From positions 1-49,089 of the forward strand of contig JBCNVM010000010.1 in the NCBI GenBank assembly GCA_039630085.1: a stretch of DNA of 49,089 bases, given 5' to 3'. Of this stretch, positions 1 to 8,727 are shown piece by piece. The stretch's first letter is position 1. Each line of letters opens with the position of its first letter. A program made the translations under genes and the position numbers. Source of the DNA: Candidatus Caldarchaeales archaeon. Lineage in GTDB: Archaea > Thermoproteota > Nitrososphaeria_A > Caldarchaeales > Calditenuaceae. Under the pieces are notes generated by a model. It was not told the DNA's origin. It was given only the letters and a program-made list of their open reading frames with translations, and searched no databases.

Positions 1-2
1 CG

Positions 3-878
3 GCGAGGTACTTCGTCGGATACGGTCCCGCGAGCGGAGGGATATTCAACTCGATCGACGATGTGATCAGGCCCGGCGAGAGGAAGGCGGTCCAGTTCGA
101 GTACTATGTGGCCTTCGGGGACTCAGGGGACCTACTGGTGGCGGTTAGCAGCATCGCCTTCAGGGATACGCCGGCGGTGCTGAACTACTCGGTGAGGGCC
201 TCGGCGGTCGCCCTCCTCGACTCTCCGGTGATAACTGTGAAGGACGGCCGCGGCCAAGTGAAGTCCAGTATGACGCCGGACTGGGGAGACGCGCCGAATG
301 ACCTCTATCAGGCCGCTGAGATACCCCTGGGTCTCCGTCCCCAGCTCAAGGTCGGAGAGGTCCTCGAGCTCTCGGGCTTCCTGAGCCAACGGTACGTGCA
401 GCAGGGCCCGAGACCAGCCCTATACTTCAGCAGGGACACCGCGGATGTCTACACCCTCAGGGTCGAGAGGGTTCCCAACTCGAAGCTGAACATCACAGTC
501 GTCCCACAGGACCCGACCGCCAGGCTCACGGTCACCATAAGGACGAGGGACGGGTTCCCGATCAACTCGACGACGGGAAGGCCCGGAGAGCCGGTCAACG
601 TCGGGATGATCGTCACGGAGCTGATGAAGGACGACACGGTGATCGTCGAGGTCTCGCTCAGGGAGCTCAGGGGCTTCACCACGGGTTACCAGATGTCCGT
701 CAGGATGGTCGAGCCTCCGCCCAAGCCCCAGCTCCCCCAGCACATGACGCTGCCGATCCCCGATTCGCAGGTCAGGTCGGTGGTCCTAGGGATATCGGTC
801 GTGATAATCTCCGCTGTCGTCGTCTCGGCGTTCGTCGGGAGGAGGAAGCGGACTAGGATGTACTACGCCGGCTGGTGA
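3..878 (+). CDS. Membrane-anchored surface protein, hypothetical (5'-truncated by window edge)
   Basis: Frame is open from the window start. Beta-rich body, Pro-rich linker (EPPPKPQLP), C-terminal TM helix followed by GRRKR. Confidence 0.7.
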   Translation, partial: ARYFVGYGPASGGIFNSIDDVIRPGERKAVQFEYYVAFGDSGDLLVAVSSIAFRDTPAVLNYSVRASAVALLDSPVITVKDGRGQVKSSMTPDWGDAPNDLYQAAEIPLGLRPQLKVGEVLELSGFLSQRYVQQGPRPALYFSRDTADVYTLRVERVPNSKLNITVVPQDPTARLTVTIRTRDGFPINSTTGRPGEPVNVGMIVTELMKDDTVIVEVSLRELRGFTTGYQMSVRMVEPPPKPQLPQHMTLPIPDSQVRSVVLGISVVIISAVVVSAFVGRRKRTRMYYAGW

Positions 879-1027
879 AACAGGCTTCTAGCCGAGCCCC
901 GCCAGATTCGCCTGTTACCGAGAGAGGGATGGGATGAAGGGGCGGCGTGGAGGCTCGAGATCTGGGTCCACACCGGAACCTGAAGGCACCATACACCTTT
1001 TACCCGGAGGCCAGTGGGAAATCGGGG

Positions 1028-2368
1028 TTGAGCTCCAGGTCCGAGAGGGCCAGGGAGTCCTTCAGGAGCGTTCTGAGGTGGATGAGGGAGCACCACGATT
1101 TCCTCTCCAGGTCGATACCCCTCATAGCGAGCGAGAACGTCCCGAGCCCCGCGGTGAGGGAGGCTCTGGCGAGCGACCTAGGGAACAGGTACGCGGAGGG
1201 CTACCCGGGCGAGAGGCTCTACGCGGGGTGCAAATGGATCGACACGATCGAGCTGCTTGGGGTGGAGCTGGCGAAGGAGGTCTACGGCGCCGAGTACGCC
1301 GACCTCAGGCCGATATCCGGCGTGATGGCGAACCTCGCGGCCTACACGGCCTTCGCGAGGCCGGGGGACATGATGGTCGCGCTCGCGGTCCCGCACGGAG
1401 GTCACATCAGCCACGGCAAGCTCGAGTGGGGAGGGACGGCGGGGCTCGTGAGGGGGCTGCAGGTGGAGAGGTACGAGTTCGACTACGAGAGGATGAACAT
1501 CGACGTCGACGGGACCAGGAGGAGGCTGGAGAGGCTCGAGAGGGAGGAGGGGAAGAGGCCGAGGCTCTTCATGCTGGGCGCGAGCGTCTTCCTCTTCCCG
1601 CACCCGGTGAGGGAGGTCGCGGAGATGGCCGCGGAGTACGGCGCGAAGGTGGTCTACGACGCCGCGCACGTGGCCGGGCTGATCGCGGGGAAGAGGTTCC
1701 AGGACCCGCTGAGGGAGGGGGCGGACGCGGTGACGATGAGCACCCACAAGACGCTCGCGGGACCGCAGCACGGGATGCTCCTCAGCTGGAAGAGGTACGA
1801 GGAGGAGTTCAAGCGGGTGATGTTCCCGGGGCTACACAGCAACCACCACCTCCACGCGGTCGCGGGTGTCACGATCGCGCTCGCGGAGGCCCTCGCCTTC
1901 TACGAGGAGTACGCCGCGAGGATCGTCGAGAACGCGAAGGCGCTGGCCGGATACCTGGCTGAGGAGGGGCTGGACGTCCTCTACGGCGACCTCGGGTTCA
2001 CGGAGTCGCATCAGGTCTTGGTCGACGTCAGCAGGCACATGGGAGGAAGGGAGGCGGAGATGCTGCTGGAGTCGGCGGGGATAGTCGTCAACAGGAACCT
2101 GCTGCCGAAGGACTACAAGCTGAGGACCGACCACAGGAACCCCAGCGGGATAAGGCTGGGCACCCAGGAGGTGACGAGGCTTGGGATGGGCAGGGACGAG
2201 ATGAGGGAGATCGCGGAGTTCATCGGGAGGGTCCTGGTGAGGAGGGAGGACCCGAGGAGGGTCTCGGAGGATGTCGCGGAGTTCAGGAAGGGATACAGGA
2301 GGGTGATGTACGCGTTCGCGAACGCGGTCGAGGCCTACGAGTACGTCTCGCTGACGGGCTCGGTCTAG
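1028..2368 (+). CDS. glyA: Serine hydroxymethyltransferase
   Basis: LIASEN, YAEGYPGERLYAG, GGHISHG, DAAHVAGLIAG, STHKTLAGP (PLP Lys), SGIRLGT. TTG start at 1028 chosen about 25 bp after TTTTA; the ORF track starts at 947. Confidence 0.97.
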   Translation: MSSRSERARESFRSVLRWMREHHDFLSRSIPLIASENVPSPAVREALASDLGNRYAEGYPGERLYAGCKWIDTIELLGVELAKEVYGAEYADLRPISGVMANLAAYTAFARPGDMMVALAVPHGGHISHGKLEWGGTAGLVRGLQVERYEFDYERMNIDVDGTRRRLERLEREEGKRPRLFMLGASVFLFPHPVREVAEMAAEYGAKVVYDAAHVAGLIAGKRFQDPLREGADAVTMSTHKTLAGPQHGMLLSWKRYEEEFKRVMFPGLHSNHHLHAVAGVTIALAEALAFYEEYAARIVENAKALAGYLAEEGLDVLYGDLGFTESHQVLVDVSRHMGGREAEMLLESAGIVVNRNLLPKDYKLRTDHRNPSGIRLGTQEVTRLGMGRDEMREIAEFIGRVLVRREDPRRVSEDVAEFRKGYRRVMYAFANAVEAYEYVSLTGSV

Positions 2369-2393
2369 GTCGCTTCAGAGAAGAAGGAGCGAG

Positions 2394-2455
2394 GGGCTCG
2401 GATAACCTCGGGCGCGATCACAGGTCACCACTCGGCAAACTCCTCATCGCCGCCT
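2394..2455 (-). ncRNA. Box C/D methylation guide sRNA (double guide, 23S rRNA)
   Basis: Minus strand: C-like GCGATGA (2444-2450), guide GGAGTTTGCCGAGTG, D' GTGA, C'-like TGTGAT, guide CCCGAGGTTAT, D CCGA (2398-2401). TTAAAT promoter about 25 bp upstream. Guides complement the conserved adjacent 23S segments ACUCGGCAAA and UAAC(U/C)UCGGG. Confidence 0.75.
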
Positions 2456-2485
2456 GAAGTGCGCAGAGCCGGAATTTAACCCGCA

Positions 2486-3475
2486 TCAGGCCGAGGGCGG
2501 CCTGGGCTCCCTCCTGACGCCCTCCTGGGGCAGCCTGACCCTCCTGACGTCGTAGGTCCTCTGCAGCCTCTCGACGACCCTCCTGAAGTTCTGGTCGCCC
2601 GCGACGGCGATCACGGTCCCTCCACCTCCGCCCCCGGTGAGCTTCGCGCCGTAGGCCCCGCTGGCGATCGAGGCCTCCACGACCTCGTCGAGCTCCCTGG
2701 TCGAGACGCCTATGATCCTGAGGACGTTGTGGTTCACGGTGAGGAGGCTTCCGAGCCTCTCGAGCCGGTTGTTGAGGATCGCCAGCTCGACCTCCTGGGT
2801 GATCACCTCGGCCAGCTCCATCAGCTTGTCGAAGATCCCGACGTGGAGTTCCCTGAACTGGGAGACCCTCCTGACCATCTCGGAGGTCCTCTTGGTCTTC
2901 CCGGTCTCGATCACCAGGATCTCGAGGGGGACAGGGGGCTCGAGTCTCACGGGCCTGGAACCCCTCCTGAACTTGATGATACCGCCGAGCGCTGTGACCA
3001 TCGGGTCGATCCCCGAGGGCCTGTAGTGGACCTCGGACTCGGCGACGAGCGCGTGCTGGGCCAGGTCCTCGGGCTCGAAGCTGACGCCGAAGAGGTCTAG
3101 AAGGGCGCCGGCCATCGCGACCGCGATTGAGGCAGACGACCCGAGCCCGAGGGCCCTCGGTATCTGGGAGTCGACGACGACGTTGACGCCCTTCCTCCTG
3201 TCGAGGCCCTGGAGGATCGACGAGACCATCTTGTGGTAGGCGCCCAGCCTCTGCCCGACGCCCCTCGACGACTCCCTGACCAGCTCGCCGTCGCGCCACT
3301 CGGCCGAACCGATCTGCTTCGAGGAGATCCTGACGACCGGGTCGTCCCTCGGGGAGACGGTGCAGTAGGCCCTCCTGTCGAGGGCTGCGGCGATCGCGGT
3401 GACACCGTAGACCACGAAGTGCTCTCCGCAGATGATGACCTTGCCCGGCGCCGACCAGGTGACGGGGCGGTCCAT
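2486..3475 (-). CDS. mvk: Mevalonate kinase (GHMP family)
   Basis: SAPGKVIICGEHFVVYG, PRALGLGSSAS, PSGID, GAKLTGGGGGG. Confidence 0.93.
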   Translation of the reverse strand: MDRPVTWSAPGKVIICGEHFVVYGVTAIAAALDRRAYCTVSPRDDPVVRISSKQIGSAEWRDGELVRESSRGVGQRLGAYHKMVSSILQGLDRRKGVNVVVDSQIPRALGLGSSASIAVAMAGALLDLFGVSFEPEDLAQHALVAESEVHYRPSGIDPMVTALGGIIKFRRGSRPVRLEPPVPLEILVIETGKTKRTSEMVRRVSQFRELHVGIFDKLMELAEVITQEVELAILNNRLERLGSLLTVNHNVLRIIGVSTRELDEVVEASIASGAYGAKLTGGGGGGTVIAVAGDQNFRRVVERLQRTYDVRRVRLPQEGVRREPRPPSA

Positions 3476-3548
3476 CGGCCCCTCCCCGACCCATCAGAGC
3501 GAGAATAATAATCGGTGGTCGGCGTGGGAGGCGGGATAATATATCGGA

Positions 3549-3788
3549 TCACTCGATCTCGATCCTGCACTTGGGGCACTTGCCCTTGCTTCTCTTCAGG
3601 GCCTCGTAGCAGAAACCGTGGAAGACGGCGCCGCAGTGGGGGCACCTGACCTGCTCTCCGGAGGACTCGATCTCGGTGAGGCAGGAGTCGCAGACCATCC
3701 AGTTCCACTCGCCGACCCTCTCGCCCTTGACTATCGCGGCCCTCCTGATCCTCACGGTCCTCGAAGCCGCGACCACGCCGGACCTCAC
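3549..3788 (-). CDS. Small RING/PHD-like (C4HC3) zinc-finger protein
   Basis: CDSC-x12-CPHC-x4-H-x2-C-x10-CPKC. GTG start at 3788 lies downstream of an AT-rich TATA tract (3803-3815). Confidence 0.75.
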   Translation of the reverse strand: MRSGVVAASRTVRIRRAAIVKGERVGEWNWMVCDSCLTEIESSGEQVRCPHCGAVFHGFCYEALKRSKGKCPKCRIEIE

Positions 3789-3849
3789 CGCGCTCCCCGT
3801 CCATATTTTTATTTTGGGGGCGGTGAGTCCTACCGGTTCGGGGCAAGGG

Positions 3850-4149
3850 ATGGACGAGAGGAGGGCCGAGCGGGGGACCGTGGTCTCGAAGCTGGTCCTA
3901 GATGTCCTCAAGCCCCACCAGCCGTCGCTGGTGGAGTTCGCGAGGAGCCTGACGTCGACCAAGAGCGTAGAGAGGGTGAACGCCTCGGTGATGGAGGTCG
4001 ACGCGGAGACCGAGACCGTGAAGCTAGTGATCGAGGGGAGGGACCTGGACATGGAGGAGATCTCGGAGACCGTGAGGAGGCTGGGTGGGGTGGTCCACTC
4101 GGTCGACGAGGTGGTAGTCGAGGTCAGGAGGTCGGAGAGGAAGGCTTGA
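3850..4149 (+). CDS. DUF211 family protein
   Basis: LVLDVLKPHQP...GGVVHSVDEV signature. Confidence 0.88.
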   Translation: MDERRAERGTVVSKLVLDVLKPHQPSLVEFARSLTSTKSVERVNASVMEVDAETETVKLVIEGRDLDMEEISETVRRLGGVVHSVDEVVVEVRRSERKA

Positions 4150-4721
4150 GCGGGCTCCTCAGGCTCTCCGAGGCCCTCGAGGTTGCGAGGAGGGTCGCGG
4201 TGATGAACTTCTTCGACGGCGTGATGGTGGGGACGGGGCTGGTCCTGGGCCTGGCGGTCTCGTCGGCGACCGGCCTGAAGGTCGTGCTGGTGACGGTGGC
4301 CTCGGTGACGCTCGGCTCCGCGGTCTCGGGGTTCATGGGGGCGTGGCTGGCGGAGAGCGTCGAGCAGCAGTCGAGGCTCAGGAGGCTCGAGGAGGCCCTC
4401 CTCTCGGACCTGAGGGGAACGATACACCACGAGGCCGCGGTCACGGCCCCGCTTCTGGTCGGCCTGATCAACGCGGCCGCGGCCGCGTCCGGGGTCGTGC
4501 TCGTCTCCTCGCCGTACATGCTCGTGACGCAGTCGCTGCTCCAGCCGGTCCACGGCGCCGCTGCCTCAGCGGCGGTCTCGCTGGCCTCGCTGGCCGGGGT
4601 CGGCAGGCTCGTCGAGAGGCACCTCAGGCTGAGGCCCGCATACGCGGCGGTCAGGTTCCTCGCGGCGGGGCTGGCGATGATGCTGGTGGTTTTGGCGGTC
4701 GACCTGCTGGTAATGGCGTGA
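4146..4721 (+). CDS. VIT1/CCC1-like membrane protein (TIGR00267-type)
   Basis: MNFFDG, SGFMGAWLAES, multiple TM helices. Typical partner of DUF211; 4-bp overlap. Confidence 0.8.
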   Translation: MSGLLRLSEALEVARRVAVMNFFDGVMVGTGLVLGLAVSSATGLKVVLVTVASVTLGSAVSGFMGAWLAESVEQQSRLRRLEEALLSDLRGTIHHEAAVTAPLLVGLINAAAAASGVVLVSSPYMLVTQSLLQPVHGAAASAAVSLASLAGVGRLVERHLRLRPAYAAVRFLAAGLAMMLVVLAVDLLVMA

Positions 4722-4755
4722 ACTGCTTTTCTATCGGGAGGGATCAAAGGCGCCG

Positions 4756-5265
4756 ATGATCGTGGCGGTGCTCTCGGACACCCACGACAGGCTCGACCGG
4801 TTGAGGAGGGCGCTGGAGAGGGTGAGGGAGCTGGGCGCGGAGGCGCTGATACACCTAGGGGACTACACCAGCCCTTTCACGGCGAGGGAGCTGGGGAGGC
4901 TAGGGGTGAGGAAGGTGGGCGTGCTGGGGAACAACGACGGCGACCCGCTCTCCCTCTCCTCGGCCGCGAGGGAGGCGGGGATGGAGCTGAGGCACTGGCC
5001 CGCGGAGCTCGAGCTCGACGGGAGGAGGTTCCTGCTGGTCCACGGCTTCGGATCTAGGGACGCGACGGTGAGGCTCGCGGAGGCTCTGGCCTCCTCGGGC
5101 TACTGGGACTGCGTCCTCTACGGCCACACGCACGTGCTCGACGTCAGGACCCTCGGGAGGACGCTGCTCCTGAACCCCGGAGAGGTCTTCGGCGACCTGA
5201 CCGGGAGGTCCACCTTCGCGACCCTGAGGACCGAGGACATGACCGTCGAGGTCCACGAGCTCTGA
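4756..5265 (+). CDS. Metallophosphoesterase, YfcE/MJ0936 family
   Basis: SDTH, HLGD, GNND, HG, GHTH, NPGE motifs. Confidence 0.92.
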   Translation: MIVAVLSDTHDRLDRLRRALERVRELGAEALIHLGDYTSPFTARELGRLGVRKVGVLGNNDGDPLSLSSAAREAGMELRHWPAELELDGRRFLLVHGFGSRDATVRLAEALASSGYWDCVLYGHTHVLDVRTLGRTLLLNPGEVFGDLTGRSTFATLRTEDMTVEVHEL

Positions 5266-5369
5266 GTCAGGACGCGCGGGGCGCGGGAGCCGAGCGCACC
5301 GGGTTCCCGGACACCAGTTTATTTGCTGCTCCGGAGACTCTAACCGGAAAGCTCGAAGGTGCTCGAGGA

Positions 5370-6629
5370 ATGGAGGTTGAGTTCCTCGGAGGCGCGAGGG
5401 AGGTAGGAGGGAACGCGGTCCTGATCAGGACGAGGAGCGGGACGAAGGTCCTCCTCGACTACGGCGTGAGGATCGAGAACGACCAGCTGATCTTCCCCGG
5501 ACACGTGGCCCCGAAGGACCTCGACGCGGTGGTCCTGACCCACGCGCACCTGGACCACGCGGGGGCGATCCCGATGTTCTTCATCAGCTCCAGCCCCAAC
5601 CTCTACGCGACCGAGGCGACCTACAGGCAGGCCGAGGTCCTGCTGAAGGACATGCATAAGCTGAACGCGGACCAGCTAGTCTTCGGCGAGAGGGAGATCC
5701 GGAGGACGGTCGAGAGGGGGAGGAGGGTCCACTACGGGGAGACGGTGAGGGTGAAGGACGTGGAGATCGAGCTGGTGGACGCGGGCCACATCCCGGGGAG
5801 CGCGCAGGTCGTCGTCAACGCGGAGAAGACCCTGCTCTACTCCGGGGACTTCACGACCGTCAGGACTAGGCTCCTGAAGGGGGCGGAGGTCCCGAGCGGA
5901 GGTTTCGACGCGGTCGTCGTCGAGTCGACCTACGCGAGGGAGGACCACAGGCCGAGGGAGGAGCTGGAGAGGTCGATCCTCGAGTCGGTCAAGGAGACGG
6001 TGGAGGCAGGTGGGACTGCGCTGGTGCCGGCGTTCTCGGTCGCGAGGTCTCAGGAGGTCGCGATGATCCTGAGGGCCAGGGACTTCGGCTACCCGGTTTA
6101 CATGGACGGAATGGCGAAGGACATCACCCAGATCTACCTTGAGAGCGAGGAGTACGTCGACGGGATCGGGCTGCTGGGCCAGACGGTCGAGTGGGTCAGG
6201 TTCGTCAGGGGGAACAGGGAGAGGGAGAGGGTGCTGGAGAGCCCGGCGGTCGTGATAACTCCCGCGGGGATGCTCAAGGGAGGGCCGGCGGTCCACTACG
6301 CCAGGTCGATCGCCCCCGACCCCAGGTCCTCGATCACGCTGGTCAGCTTCCAAGTCCCGGGGACCCCGGGAGCGAGGCTCCTCGAGACCGGAGTCCTCCA
6401 CTTCGAGGACGGGCCGGTCAAGTTCAACGGTACGGTCCGCCAGTTCAAGCTCTCGGCCCACGCGGGGAGGAAGGAGCTCCGAGAGTACCTGAAGAGGGTC
6501 GCGGAGGGCTCGAAGACCTTCGCGATCCACGGCGAGCCCGAGTCCTGCGAGGAGCTGGCCTCCTGGGCGACGGCGGAGGCGGGCGCGGAGGGGATCAACC
6601 CCGTAAGGGGTCAGCGATATGAGGTCTGA
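5370..6629 (+). CDS. Beta-CASP MBL-fold ribonuclease (aCPSF2-like)
   Basis: LGGAREVG, THAHLDH, AGHIPGS, YSGD, ESTY, LSAH, HGE. Confidence 0.9.
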   Translation: MEVEFLGGAREVGGNAVLIRTRSGTKVLLDYGVRIENDQLIFPGHVAPKDLDAVVLTHAHLDHAGAIPMFFISSSPNLYATEATYRQAEVLLKDMHKLNADQLVFGEREIRRTVERGRRVHYGETVRVKDVEIELVDAGHIPGSAQVVVNAEKTLLYSGDFTTVRTRLLKGAEVPSGGFDAVVVESTYAREDHRPREELERSILESVKETVEAGGTALVPAFSVARSQEVAMILRARDFGYPVYMDGMAKDITQIYLESEEYVDGIGLLGQTVEWVRFVRGNRERERVLESPAVVITPAGMLKGGPAVHYARSIAPDPRSSITLVSFQVPGTPGARLLETGVLHFEDGPVKFNGTVRQFKLSAHAGRKELREYLKRVAEGSKTFAIHGEPESCEELASWATAEAGAEGINPVRGQRYEV

Positions 6630-7776
6630 GGCCCCCGAGTCCGAGGGACGTCCGGTCGCGGGAGGACAGGACGCGAGCGCCGAGGCCCCTTCGCAGGCCG
6701 AGGAGGTCAGGAGGCTCACCGAGGCGGTCTCGAGGCACTTCACGGTCGCCGACGTCAGGTACGAGTCCGGCGTACTGACGTACAGGGTCTGGGAGCAGGA
6801 GGTGAAGAGGCCCTTCAAGGCCCTCTACAGGGACGTCTGGCGCGACGGTTACGTCCCGACGGTCGAGAGGGACGAGCAAGGTGTGAGGATCAGGTTCTTC
6901 AGGGCCCCGAGGTTCCCGGAGAGGAGGAGCCTGGTGCCGCTGGCGCTTCTCGCCCTCACGGCCGTGACCACCTTCGTCGACGGCTACCTCAGGTCCGTCG
7001 AGGCCGCGAGGGTCTTCGGTCCGCCGCTGGACTCGGCGGTCTTCAACGCGGCGGTCTACACGGTCGCGCTGCTGGCGATCGTGGGCATCCACGAGCTGGG
7101 CCACAAGCTCTCAGCGAGGATGGACGGGATCGACACCTCTCTCCCCTACTTCATCCCGGGTATACCCGGGTCGATACCGACGTTCGGGGCGGTGATCTTC
7201 CAGAGGAGCCCGGTAGTCAACAGGGACGACCTCTTCGACCTCGGGGTCAGCGGGCCAGTGGCGGGCTTCGTCGTGGCGCTGGTGGTCACGGCCTACTCGT
7301 TCCAGACCGCGGCCTGGCTGCCGGCAGAGGAGGTCATGAGGCTGGTCCAAGAGGGGAAGGTGGGAGCTCTGAGGGCCCCTCTGGTCTTCGACTTCTTCGC
7401 GGCCCTCTTCGGCCAGGGCAGGGAGGGGCTGGTCCCGATATTCCCGACCGTCGTCTTCGCGGCCTGGCTGGGGATGGTGGTCACGGCCCTGAACCTTCTA
7501 CCCATATGGCAGCTCGACGGCGGCAGGATCTTCAGGAGCTTCCTCTCGAGGAGGGGCCACCTGATCGCCTCCTACGCCTCGGTCGCGGTCCTCATGCTGA
7601 CGGGCTACTTCTTCTTCGCGATACTCCTGCTCCTCCTGATGAGGAACCCGGTCGACGTGGCGGTCCTCGACAACGTCTCCGGGCTCTCGAGGTGGAGGAA
7701 GGTCGCGATGGCCGGGGTCGTGGCGATGCTGGTCATGACTTACGTGGTCGTTCAGCCGCTCCTGCCGCTGCCCTGA
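6619..7776 (+). CDS. Site-2 protease (M50) membrane metalloprotease
   Basis: HELGH, GPVAG, NLLPIWQLDGG. Confidence 0.92.
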   Translation: MRSEAPESEGRPVAGGQDASAEAPSQAEEVRRLTEAVSRHFTVADVRYESGVLTYRVWEQEVKRPFKALYRDVWRDGYVPTVERDEQGVRIRFFRAPRFPERRSLVPLALLALTAVTTFVDGYLRSVEAARVFGPPLDSAVFNAAVYTVALLAIVGIHELGHKLSARMDGIDTSLPYFIPGIPGSIPTFGAVIFQRSPVVNRDDLFDLGVSGPVAGFVVALVVTAYSFQTAAWLPAEEVMRLVQEGKVGALRAPLVFDFFAALFGQGREGLVPIFPTVVFAAWLGMVVTALNLLPIWQLDGGRIFRSFLSRRGHLIASYASVAVLMLTGYFFFAILLLLLMRNPVDVAVLDNVSGLSRWRKVAMAGVVAMLVMTYVVVQPLLPLP

Positions 7777-8701
7777 GCGACGCGCACCTAACCACCGCCG
7801 CCCTGATCTCCCTTCCCACGAACCTCGTCGCGGCCGTCACCGCCTCCTGGAGCCTCGGGGCCTGCCTCATCCCGAAGGCCCGCTCGACGTAGGTCCTGGG
7901 AAGTGGGACCGAGGCGACGACCCTGGCCCTTGTCCTGACCGACTCGAGCGAGCCGAGCGCCTCCCCCTCGACGGTCCCCGGGACGCGGTTCCCCGAGAGC
8001 GCGGCCTCCAGCAGCCTCCTCGACCCCAGCCCTTCGGCGCACTCGGCGACGACGCCGATCACGCCCCGCTCCCTGCAGAGGGCCGAGTAGGGCTCGAGGC
8101 AGAGGAGGACCTGGAGGAGGGTCCTGTCGAAGGGGAAGCCGCCCGGCGAGAGGAGGACGAGGTCGTGCTCGCCGCGGAGCTCGGCCCCGGGCACCCTGTC
8201 TGCCTCTAGGAAGCCCATGAGCTCTCCGCCAGGCGTAAGGACGCAGGCGACGGCCCTCACCCTCTTCCCCTCCGAGTCCAGCCCCATGGAGCTCAGGAGC
8301 GCCCTGGCCCTCGACTCGGGCGAGGAGAGCCGCGGAGGGAGCGCGAGGGGCGGCGAGACGTAGGTAAGCTCGTCGGAGTCGCGGAGCTCGGCCGCGAACC
8401 AGTCGTCGGAGGTCGTCGAGAGGCCCAAGGACCTGAGCCTTGAGAGGGCCACCGCGTCCGGAGCCGAACCGTGGGCGAGCCACGTCGTCACGGCCGCCCT
8501 CGCGGGACGGAGGCGCTCGACGACTTCCCCTACCGACTCGGGCTTGAGGTGCGACGCGTCGACGACGACCAGCTCGCCGGCCCTGACCTCGGGGGCCTCG
8601 GAGAGGTCGCCGACTGGAACGGGATCGTAGAACTCGACCCGAGCCTCAGGAGGGAGCTCGACGAGGACCTCCTCTCCGCCGCGGGACAGCCAGACGTCCA
8701 A
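7733..8701 (-). CDS. Lactate racemase (LarA)-like protein, divergent
   Basis: C-terminal SPGGFPFDRTLLQ and VAECAEGLGS resemble the LarA C-domain; N-terminal part is degenerate. Confidence 0.55.
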   Translation of the reverse strand: MDVWLSRGGEEVLVELPPEARVEFYDPVPVGDLSEAPEVRAGELVVVDASHLKPESVGEVVERLRPARAAVTTWLAHGSAPDAVALSRLRSLGLSTTSDDWFAAELRDSDELTYVSPPLALPPRLSSPESRARALLSSMGLDSEGKRVRAVACVLTPGGELMGFLEADRVPGAELRGEHDLVLLSPGGFPFDRTLLQVLLCLEPYSALCRERGVIGVVAECAEGLGSRRLLEAALSGNRVPGTVEGEALGSLESVRTRARVVASVPLPRTYVERAFGMRQAPRLQEAVTAATRFVGREIRAAVVRCASLRAAAGAAERPRKS

Positions 8702-8727
8702 AGGTCACGACGCCCCTCCGAAAGTCC

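Noticed and set aside
930-996. Possible C/D sRNA (GGGATGA...CTGA) upstream of glyA
   Set aside because: No convincing D'/C' boxes, and I could not match either guide to a conserved rRNA/tRNA segment.
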